Below, piece after piece: positions 11,732 through 20,525 of a stretch of 64,000 nucleotides of DNA; the first letter of the stretch is position 1; every line of letters starts with the position of its first letter. The position numbers and the translations under genes are program-made. Source of the DNA: an uncultured cyanobacterium (GTDB lineage: Bacteria > Cyanobacteriota > Cyanobacteriia > Cyanobacteriales > CAWUOF01); contig CAVUSO010000001.1 in the NCBI GenBank assembly GCA_963744145.1, positions 2,336,001 through 2,400,000 of the forward strand, in the 5' to 3' direction. The notes below the pieces were generated by a model, which was given only the letters and a program-made list of their open reading frames with translations, was not told where the DNA came from and did not search any database.

Positions 11732-11760
11732 TTGACAATAAGTACATATTCGGTCATAAT
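11732..11760 (+). promoter_or_regulatory. Sigma70-type promoter for tnpA
   Basis: TTGACA (11732-11737), a 17-nt spacer, then CATAAT (11755-11760). The tnpA ATG follows 6 nt later. Confidence 0.7.
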
Positions 11761-11766
11761 ATATCT

Positions 11767-12385
11767 ATGACTAAATATGTAACGCCAAATGAAGCAGCTA
11801 ACACTCTCTTGAGTTTGTCTCAGAACCCTTAGAAGATGGGAAGTCGAGGGAAAAATCAATACCGTCAAAACACCCTGTGGTCACAGAAGGTACGACATCG
11901 AAGGGTTCATCAAAAAAGAATCAGCACCAGAAAGTGGACGCGCCACTGTTATCTATGCTCGCGTCTCTACCAGACCTCAACAAGCAGACCTTATGCGACA
12001 AATTGAGCGATTATCAACGCTCTATCCAGGCGCTGAAGTCGTTCAGGAAGTGGGAGGAGGACTTAATCTTAGGCGGAAAGGACTCATCACCCTTTTGGGA
12101 CGAGTTTTGCGTGGCGATATCGCAGTTATTGTGGTTGCCCACAAAGATCGACTCGCCCGATTCGGATTTGATCTTATCGAGTGGTTGTGTGAACAATTTG
12201 ACTGCCAAATCGTGGTTCTCAACCAAGTCAGTCTCTCTCCTCACGCCGAACTCGTTCAAGATATCATCGCAATCCTCCACAGCTTTTCAAGCCGACTTTA
12301 TTCCCTCCGCCGACTTGAAAACCAAATCAAAGAAGAGTTACAAACTGAAACCAAGGCACCAGAAAAACCCGTTAAAACAGCCTAA
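11767..12385 (+). pseudogene. tnpA: IS607-family serine recombinase (TnpA) with a +1 frameshift near codon 15
   Basis: The ATG at 11767 reads MTKYVTPNEAANTL. After a shift near 11805-11811 it continues VCLRTLRRWEVEGKI..TPCGHRRY (MerR-like HTH), then VIYARVST (catalytic Ser motif), VAHKDRLARFGF and ELVQDIIAILHSFSSRLY. Confidence 0.9.
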
Positions 12386-13530
12386 TAAAACTCTGAAAAT
12401 TCGGGTATATCCTGAACCTGCACTGCATCAAAAATGGAAGTCTTGGTTAGCGGCATCTCGTCACTGTTATAACCAAGCGATCGCTGCATTGAAATCAGGT
12501 AAAGAAATAACCAGTGCTTATTCACTGCGGAATTATGTGTTCAGTTTGGACTTACCTGATTGGGTAAAATCTGCCCCAGCACATCCAAAAGAGAATGCAA
12601 TTTTTGATGCTTGGGATGCAAGTAAACAAGCTCAGTCGCAAGGAGGTGAAGCAAGTTTCAGAAATTGTAGACAACCAGTCCAGGCGATTAAGTTTCATCA
12701 AGTTAACTTTAACGGGAAAACTTGGTTTCCTTCTCTGGTTAAAGGACTTAGTTTTCAGGCTAGCGAACCATTACAAAAAACTGAATTTGCGACTCAATTA
12801 GTCAGAGATAGAAAGCGGTGGTTTGCTTGTATTCCCATCCAGGCTGAAATTAATGAACCAAAACAATTAGACCAAGTAATTGCTTTAGATCCGGGGGTAA
12901 GAACTTTTCTAACTGGATATGATGGTGATTCATACTTAGAGTTTGGTAAGGCAGACATTGGACGCATTCAAAGATTGTGTTCTCACCTTGACCAACTCAT
13001 AGGACGCGCCTCGAAATCTGGTCGAAAACAAAAACGTCGGATGTACCAAGCCGCGAATCGTTTACGCATTAGAATTCGCAATTTGGTAGATGAATGTCAT
13101 AAACAAGTTGCTAATTACCTGACAACTCAGTACAAGGTGATTTTTCTGCCTAAGTTTGAAACTTCACAAATGGTAATTAAGTCCGGACGTCCGACTTCAT
13201 ACTAAAACAGCGAGACAGATGCTTACTTGGGCGCATTACCGATTTAAGTGTCATCTCAAACAAGTCGCTCAACAGCGTGGTGTTGTCGTCATTGATGTGA
13301 ATGAATCTTACACCTCAAAAACTTGTACTAGCTGCGGATACCAGCACCACCAATTAGGCGGGTCGAAAACGTTTAAATGCCCCCATTGTGGTCATATTCA
13401 TGATCGCGACTGGGGGGGCGCTCGGAACATTATGATCCGGGCTTTGAGGGACGGCTCCTTTGCTTTGGCGATCACGAGCGAAAGCATTGCTGTCGCGTAT
13501 GCTCTATTTGTCCAGAGTTGTACAGCGTAA
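11877..13530 (+). pseudogene. tnpB: IS607-associated TnpB (RNA-guided nuclease family) with a +1 frameshift at ~13191; true start uncertain
   Basis: Motifs include KTLKIRVYP, RuvC-I IALDPGVRTF, VNESYTSKTCTSCG and CPHCG (Zn finger), and DRDWGGARNI. ORFs 11877..13205 and 13219..13530 join if one C is removed (SGR-RLHTKTARQMLTWAHYRF). Confidence 0.9.
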
Positions 13531-13538
13531 TACCGTCA

Positions 13539-13828
13539 GCATCCCAAGAATTGGGTTGAATGACAAATTCAGCCAGATCTGCCACAATCGTTTCTATCTC
13601 CACAGAACGCTCTGCTGCTAGTTTGCGAGCTTTCTCCAAGCCTATAGAAGAACCATCGACAGCCGTAACCTGACATCCTTGCTGTGCTAGATATACAGCA
13701 TTCCTACCTTCTCCTTCGGCTAGAGAAAGAACATGACCTTTGGGAATCTGTTGGATGACTTGGACTAAAAAGTCGTTGGGATGCTTACCATAGGCATACT
13801 CAGTCTGGCTATATCGTTCATTCCACAT
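13539..13828 (-). pseudogene. 5' half of the interrupted class I SAM-dependent methyltransferase
   Basis: MWNERYSQTEYAYG..VLSLAEGEGRNAVYLA..VTAVD covers SAM-binding motifs I/II. The plausible reading stops at ...PNSWDA, and the remainder of ORF 13472..13828 is read from the transposon end. Confidence 0.92.
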
Positions 13829-13892
13829 AATTTACTAAAACGCTGTATTGTTATAACAAATGATTAGGAATACGGTAAAATTTTTACCCGAC

Positions 13893-14897
13893 CTAAATAT
13901 CTTCAACGACTTTGCCTCGGAACACTACATAGTTGTAGATGTTGTAGAACAACATAATGGGAATCAGAAAGCCAATAAAGATGAGCATAAATACTAACGC
14001 ACTAGGAGAGGCTGCGGCTTGATAGATGGTGATTTGGGTGGGGATGATGTAAGGAAAGACGATCAGTCCTAATCCAATAAAGGTAAGCAAGAAGATCAGA
14101 ATCGTCCAGATCAATGGTGTGTTTTCCTCCTCCCGGTTGAGACTTGTCCACAGCAGCCACACCAGTACCACACCCAACACCGGAATCATGGCAAAGATAT
14201 AAATTAAAGGCTGGCTAAATAACCGAGTTCGCGCTGCTTCATAGACGATCGGAGTAGCGATCGTGATTAAAGTCGCACCAATAAAGGTGGTGATAGTGGC
14301 AATTTTAGCGGTGCGAAAGTGGGTTTTTTGCAATTCTCCGTCAGTTTTCAAAATTAGGTAGGTAGAACCAATTAAGACATAGCCCTGGATTAAAGTCAGT
14401 GCTACTAATAGCGATCGCCAGTCCAACCAATCCCAGGTGGAGCCAATAAAGTGACCTGTCTGATCCACCGCGATCCCTTCAATTACACTACCAAGAGCAA
14501 AACCCTGTCCTAGGGCAGCAATAAAACTACCAATTCCAAAAGCAAAATTCCACAGCAACTTGCGATCGGAATGTTCTCGAAATTCAAAGGCGACTGCTCG
14601 AAAAATCAGCCCAAAAATCATGAGGAAAATCGGAATATACAAGGCACTGAGGATGGTGCTATAAGCCAAGGGAAATGCTCCAAATAAGGCTCCTCCCATT
14701 AGCACTAACCAAGTTTCGTTAGCATCCCAAATATTACCCAAACTGGTCATCAAAATAGTGCGGCGTTTTTCGTCTGAACTGGTCAGAGACAGGATGCCAA
14801 CTCCCAGGTCAAAACCATCGAGCATGACATACAGAAATAGGAATAACGCCAAAATTACAAACCAAACTTGAGGCAAAAAATGTAGTAGTGCGTCCAT
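13893..14897 (-). CDS. cydB: Cytochrome bd ubiquinol oxidase subunit II
   Basis: Motifs YVMLDGFDLGVG and WDANETWLV; multi-TM protein following cydA. Confidence 0.95.
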   Translation of the reverse strand: MDALLHFLPQVWFVILALFLFLYVMLDGFDLGVGILSLTSSDEKRRTILMTSLGNIWDANETWLVLMGGALFGAFPLAYSTILSALYIPIFLMIFGLIFRAVAFEFREHSDRKLLWNFAFGIGSFIAALGQGFALGSVIEGIAVDQTGHFIGSTWDWLDWRSLLVALTLIQGYVLIGSTYLILKTDGELQKTHFRTAKIATITTFIGATLITIATPIVYEAARTRLFSQPLIYIFAMIPVLGVVLVWLLWTSLNREEENTPLIWTILIFLLTFIGLGLIVFPYIIPTQITIYQAAASPSALVFMLIFIGFLIPIMLFYNIYNYVVFRGKVVEDI

Positions 14898-14906
14898 ATC
14901 AGATCC

Positions 14907-16343
14907 TTACTGTTGCGCTTTGGCTGGACGTTGATCGGGAATGTGGCTAGTGCGGTCTTGATTCTGAGTGCGATCTAATTCTGGTACAGGTAGCTCTAGA
15001 TTAGGACCGTGTTGGATAATTCGGCTACCAAAGTATAGTGTGAAAACAAACAAAACCGAATAGATCACCGCAAACAGAATCAGCGAAGTTAGGACATTTC
15101 CTGCTGGGATCTGGGATGCTGCATCGGCTGTGCGAATTTGCCCGTATAGAGTCCAGGGTTGTCGTCCCACACAGCGCACAATCCAGCCTGACTCAACCGC
15201 AATATAGCCCAAGGGAGCAGCAAAAATCCAGGTGCCCAGTAGCCATTTTTGCTGAACAATTTTTTCAGGTGAGAGGTTGCCCAGTAGCCATTGCAGAACG
15301 CTCCACAGCATTAATCCTGCTAAAAAGAAGCCTATCCCGCTCATAATTCGGAAAGAATAGTAAATCAATCCCACCATGTGGGGGCGATCGCTCGGCTCCC
15401 ATTCCTTTAAACCTTGGATCGGTTCAGACAAGTTCTTTTTAAATTCCAAAATGTAGCCTAAACCATTCGGAATAGTGATTTCCCAGTTATTCTTCTCTCC
15501 AATTTCATCGGGTATAGCCAGTAAACTCCAATCCGCTGGTTGTCCTGCTGGACTAGTTTCCCATTTGGCTTCCATTGCTGCTAGTTTAGTGGGTTGATGT
15601 TGTGCTACCTGTTCAGCACTAAGGTGTCCGATGTAGATTTGCAACGGGGTAATCGCGATCGCAATGGCTAAGACAATCTTCAGCGATCGGGCAAAGAAAG
15701 CTTGATGACGGTGGTTAAGAATATACCAGGCACTAATACCACCAATCACGAATAAAGATGTTTCCAGGGTGGCCAAAAACATATGGGACACGCTGTTAAT
15801 CATGAAGGGATTCCAGATTGCCTGAAAATAATCACTGACAATAAACTTACCATTGACCATTTCTCCACCTGTTGGGGTTTGTAGCCAGGAATTAGCCACC
15901 AAAATCCAGAAGGTAGATAAATTGGCACCAAATGCCACCATAATAGTAGCCAGGTAATGAATTATGGGAGGCACCCGTTCCCAACCAAACAGCATAATAC
16001 CCAGAAATCCTGCTTCCAGCATGAATGCCATCGCACCTTCAAAACCGAGAATGCTGCCCAAAAAATCACCTACTGCTTCCGAGAGTGGTGCCCAGTTGGT
16101 GCCAAATTGAAACTCCATCGGTAGACCTGATGCGACTCCAATGCCAAAGTTGAGAACATAAAGCTTTGACCAGAAGCGAGCATGGTGGTAATAATCGGGG
16201 TTGCGTGTTTTCAGCCATAGCCCTTCCACGATGACTAGGTAGATAGCCATACCAGTCGTGAGGACGGGCCAGAGCATGTGAAAGATCGCAGTCAGAGCAA
16301 ACTGCATTCGCGAGAGTGCAACGGTGTTCGATAAAAGATCCAT
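14907..16343 (-). CDS. cydA: Cytochrome bd ubiquinol oxidase subunit I
   Basis: Motifs LSRMQFALTAIFH, MEFQFGTNW, QPTKLAAMEA and GWIVRCVGRQPW. Confidence 0.96.
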   Translation of the reverse strand: MDLLSNTVALSRMQFALTAIFHMLWPVLTTGMAIYLVIVEGLWLKTRNPDYYHHARFWSKLYVLNFGIGVASGLPMEFQFGTNWAPLSEAVGDFLGSILGFEGAMAFMLEAGFLGIMLFGWERVPPIIHYLATIMVAFGANLSTFWILVANSWLQTPTGGEMVNGKFIVSDYFQAIWNPFMINSVSHMFLATLETSLFVIGGISAWYILNHRHQAFFARSLKIVLAIAIAITPLQIYIGHLSAEQVAQHQPTKLAAMEAKWETSPAGQPADWSLLAIPDEIGEKNNWEITIPNGLGYILEFKKNLSEPIQGLKEWEPSDRPHMVGLIYYSFRIMSGIGFFLAGLMLWSVLQWLLGNLSPEKIVQQKWLLGTWIFAAPLGYIAVESGWIVRCVGRQPWTLYGQIRTADAASQIPAGNVLTSLILFAVIYSVLFVFTLYFGSRIIQHGPNLELPVPELDRTQNQDRTSHIPDQRPAKAQQ

Positions 16344-16403
16344 GCGTCCTCTATTAAGTGGATTGTAGATTTTTAACTATTAACAAGAGAATATAGTTTT
16401 TCT

Positions 16404-17081
16404 CTAGCACCAGGATTGTTCACCAGGAGGATTGTGCAGTAACTCCCGAATATTAGCTTCAATGACTCGATAGCCAACATTACCATTGAGTCTTTGCCGT
16501 CCTTCATTAAAAATTAAAGTGGGGCTGACTGTAACAGTATACTCTTTACTTGAATCAAAATCCTTCGATAGCAAAGCATAAGCTTCACCACTATTAATAT
16601 GTTCTTCAATCTTAGTGATCGGCAATCCTAGCTGTTCCGCAATGCCAAACTGTACTTGGCGATCAGCGATATTTGCCAGTTGGGTAAAAAATGCCTCCCG
16701 AAATGCCCATGTTGCTTTTTTAAAGACTTGCTCAGATTTAGGAACGATACCTTTGATTTCTAATAATTTAATGGCGTGAAGAAACAAATGACAGGAGGTA
16801 GATGAGGCTGGTAGAACTTTCACCCAAATATCTGGATGAATAGTAATATGATTGAATTTTCTGGCAACTTCATGAACATGGTTGCTATATGCTTTTAAAC
16901 CACCCCGATCGCGCCAACGATTTTCTAACTTTTCCTGGGCATTACCAAAAATAGACACAAAATGATCATCGATCGATATCTGGTCTGAAAAATTTGTCAT
17001 CAGTTCATCAAGGCGAATTTGAGCAATATATGCCCAAACACAGAGAACATCGGAATAGTAAGATATAGCAATAGGTTCCAT
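16404..17081 (-). CDS. DsbA/FrnE-like thioredoxin-fold protein
   Basis: YYSDVLCVWAY near the N-terminus (second Cys absent) and a C-terminal SPTLIFN cis-Pro motif. Confidence 0.75.
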   Translation of the reverse strand: MEPIAISYYSDVLCVWAYIAQIRLDELMTNFSDQISIDDHFVSIFGNAQEKLENRWRDRGGLKAYSNHVHEVARKFNHITIHPDIWVKVLPASSTSCHLFLHAIKLLEIKGIVPKSEQVFKKATWAFREAFFTQLANIADRQVQFGIAEQLGLPITKIEEHINSGEAYALLSKDFDSSKEYTVTVSPTLIFNEGRQRLNGNVGYRVIEANIRELLHNPPGEQSWC

Positions 17082-17108
17082 AGTTTTTTTGAGGGTAAAT
17101 AGGAAAAG

Positions 17109-17470
17109 TTAAATCATCCAGTCACTATTAATCGCGACTATTGAGTGATCTAATTTGGGTTTGGCATCTTTCTGATTGGTTTTCTGACTACGCCAAAGTT
17201 TATAATACAAAATTGGTACTGCCGATCGCGATAATAACAAGGAAGCAACTTCACCTGCCATTAGTGAGATCGCTAAACCCTGAAAGATTGGATCAGCGAG
17301 AATAATTGCTGATCCTACCACTACCGCAGCCGCAGTGAGGAGCATCGGACGAAACCTGACTGCTCCTGCATCAATTACAGCTTGTTCCAGAGGTATTCCT
17401 TCTTTTAAACGTAACTCAATAAAGTCTACCAGAATGATCGAGTTACGCACCACAATTCCCGCACCAGCAA
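17109..17470 (-). pseudogene. C-terminal fragment of an RND efflux permease (AcrB/CusA family)
   Basis: [32 protein letters not shown] are the last TM segments of RND permeases. The preceding bulk of the protein is absent. Confidence 0.85.
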
Positions 17471-18138
17471 TGAACCAATACATCCGTGAAGAACGCCGTG
17501 ATGAGATATATGATAACTTCAAGTTAGCGCAGGTAGAACAGCAAAAAGGTGAACTGAAGTTTTCCTCTAATATTAACGAACTCAGACAATTAATAGAGGA
17601 ATAATCGTGGAAGTTAGTTTTAGTTCAGCTTTTCAACCTGCCTTTAAAAAGCGGATTAAAGGCAATACAGATTTAGAGGAGGCTTAACCATGCTCACATT
17701 TAACCTTGATGACGAAGCTGAAAAATATCTGATTGAGATATTATCTCAGGAAAAAACCACTAGCCAAGAATTAGTGAAAAAAACTCTTGCGTAACCATTT
17801 GACTAATTTAAAGCCATCTCAAACTATTTTGGCAAGAATGGGAGGTTATCCCGAATATTTATTAGCAGGCACAAAGGATTTATCAGATAGAGAGACTCGC
17901 AAACAAATTTTGGGAAAAAGGAGTTTTTCTAGCTGAACATTTAATTTGTGAAGATTATCAACACATGGCAGAACTAAACTTAAATTATCAAAATTTACCA
18001 GGAGATTTTAGCGATTTATCATTGGGCGCAATTTCTGAGCGTTTAAATATTCCCGCGATCGCCACATTAGATCAAGATTTTGATATTTACCGTCGTTATC
18101 GCAATCAACCTTTTATTCGTGTTTTTTATCCTCAATAA
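17470..18138 (+). pseudogene. Fused remnants of two toxin-antitoxin pairs (RelE/YafQ-like start; PIN-toxin C-terminus)
   Basis: An antitoxin tail ends at 17604. It is followed by a truncated [20 protein letters not shown], a frameshifted MLTFNLDDEAEKYL... and a PIN tail PGDFSDLSLGAISERLNIPAIATLDQDFDIYRR ending ~18138. Confidence 0.6.
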
Positions 18139-18663
18139 CTCATTCACGTTTCTAAAATAGTCTGTTGTAGCCAATTAATAATAGTTTGAATCAGATGGGG
18201 ATCTGGCGGTGAAAAAGTGGGAATGGTGGGATGGGGTGTTTATCCCAGTCTAGGAGTGAAGAGTAGATTTTGAGTTCGGTGAGGGTGCGGGGTGTACCTC
18301 CGGTGGATTTGGGGCAATGGTGTTTTTTGACGAGTTGCAGGTAGATGTCGGCAGCGGGGGGGTGATCGAATTTGCTGCGATCATCGATGCAGAAGAGTTG
18401 GTGGAATCCTTGGGGTAGTGGTAAGATGGAAAAATAAATTCAAGGTTGTTTTATGTCAAATCCTGAATTATTGGCAAAAATTCAGCAGTTATCCCGTGAT
18501 GAGAAGGTTGAAATGATGCAGTTTTTAACGGCTGAATTGGCGAAATAAGAAGGTTTAAAATCATTAGATAATGGTGTTGTTTATCGTCTTTGGTCGCCTT
18601 ATGATTATGGTGACGCGGCTCAGAAATTAATGAGCTTATTAGAACAAGCAGAAGCGAAAGAAA

Positions 18664-19044
18664 ATGCGAAATGCTAAACGATTTTCTTTTATTGAACGAA
18701 GGAATCAAGCAGGAGAGGCTAATGTTTTTCCTTGTGTACCCATAATTTTAAGCTACCGAGATTGTGTTTTAGAAGTTGTTGGTTTGTTAGATACGGGAGC
18801 AAGTCTTAATATTTTACCGGATCATATTGGTTTAGCGTTAGGAGCAGTTTGGGAGGAGCAAACGCTTTCAATTCCGTTAGCAGGTAATCTTGCGCCAGTG
18901 GAAGCAAGGGGTTTAGCTGTTATGGGACAAATTAGCAATTTTCCACCTGTTCGTTTAGCTTTTGCTTGGGCGAAGTCTAACGATCCGCCTATTATTTTAT
19001 TAGGGGAGGTTTGGGTTTCGCTTAAACTGTGCCATGTGCGGTAG
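18664..19044 (+). pseudogene. Retropepsin-like aspartyl protease family protein, probably 3'-truncated
   Basis: GLLDTGASLNILP motif. It ends PPIILLG and then runs into the convergent NACHT fragment. The small upstream gene (18453-18677) has an internal stop. Confidence 0.65.
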
Positions 19045-20474
19045 AAGTCGGGGTAGGGGAGGTTTTGGGCGCAGTGACGAATAACTATGTACGCAGCATT
19101 ATCAAAATCAAAAGATTCTATATGGTTTGTTTCTTTATTTATCGTCCAAAAACTATTTAAGATAAACAATATCCAGAATAATATATGATTTTTGTATATT
19201 GACTGTAGGCGTATCGTCGATTCGGCTACGTTTACTAAACAATCTTTAGGGCTTTTTGGGGACAAGCAAGATAGACAGTATTGCATAAAGCTTGTAATTT
19301 TATTGTTTATTGATGTCCTGAAAAGGTAGAAAAATCGGGCTGAAAAAATCCCTTTGCTAAGTATATAGCTTAAATCATCAAGCCAAAGCCAAGTCTGATT
19401 CGGCTTGGATGATTGATAAAATTGATAAAAAGATATAAAATCGACATCATTGACAATTTCGTAAAGGTCATCGCCCATCTCTGCATGGACTAAATGATAT
19501 GGCAAATTTACCACATAATGTTCATCTTCATTGAGTGATTCCCAGACACCTGAAAATTCTTTAACCTTTTTATCGTTGAGTTTCTGAGCTAATAGTGAAC
19601 TAGCAAGCGAAGAGGAAATTTGTTTGTAAAAATCACTACACCCATCATCAAAATTCACCAACTTCTCAATAAACTCCTCCTTCTCCTCATCTTCAACATC
19701 CCCACGCCCCAACCACAACAAAATCACCTGCTTCCACTGCGGTTCAAAAATCCGATATTCCTTCCCCGCCACCGGAAAATTAACATGATTTCGAGGTAAA
19801 AAATAATCCCAATCATCCACCGCCAAGGCAGCAAAATACTCCTGAAACGAGGCATGATAAAACACGCAAATCGCTTCTGGAAACCGTTCCACCCGATTCA
19901 ACCACCCCAACCTCATCACCGCCTGAAAAATCGGGCGATTTCCCAAAACCTTCACCACCCAACTTTCGGCTACAATAATTAGGCGATCGCCTCCGAGTTT
20001 CCATTTTTTGACATAATCTGAGGTCAGATTCAGCAAATCACCACTATGACAACAATCGAGAAACACAACTTGTTGGGAAATCGGACTATTTAGCATCAGT
20101 TCCCGCAACTGCTCTAGAGGAAAACCCCATTGTGATTTGCTCGGATTAGCATCACTAGCTGCAAGGTAAATTCGACCATCAGTCCCTGGGATTCCATGTC
20201 CTGCAAAGAAGAATAACGCTACATCGGGCAGGGTTTGGGTCTTTGGTTGAAATAGGTGATGAATAGCTTGGGACAGTTCTTCAGTGCTGACAACCTTTTG
20301 ATTTTCCTGAGAAGAAAGCAATCTATCATCAACAGACCAAGCAAAATCAGGATTTCCTTGGGAACGATTAAGCAAGGTGGCGATGTTCGTGGCATCGTAA
20401 TAGGGAGCATAGAGATGGTTATTTGTGAGGAAAGGATAACGATTGATCCCAACTACTAAGGCTTGTCGTTTCAT
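18822..20474 (-). pseudogene. Chimeric ORF: caspase-family (peptidase C14) N-terminus fused to fragments of a NACHT/HEAT-type protein
   Basis: The N-terminus has ALVVGINRY, FFFAGHG and FLDCCHSG. It switches abruptly near 19980 to LGWLNRV..FYHASFQEYFAA..QWKQVILLWLG (post-NTPase winged-helix region) with no P-loop. The tail is the antisense of the protease gene. Confidence 0.65.
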
Positions 20475-20525
20475 CTGCCTTACACCAACTATGATTAATC
20501 TTGGTTGAAATTTTACCCTAATTAC

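Larger units (their letters stand above)
470..13538. mobile_element. ~13.07 kb composite insertion (CRISPR array + leader + IS607-family tnpA/tnpB) inside the methyltransferase gene
   Basis: GC occurs at 468-469 and at 13539-13540. Joining the flanks over one GC gives minus-strand TGG GAT GCG ATC GTC (W-D-A-I-V), in frame. The tnpB stop (13530) is 8 bp from the right junction. Confidence 0.85.

Noticed and set aside
11877..13530. TnpB as Cas12k (CAST) or another bona fide type V effector
   Set aside because: There is no tnsB/tnsC/tniQ, it is paired with IS607 tnpA and ends at the IS right end, and the repeat and inferred PAM are type I-D-like.
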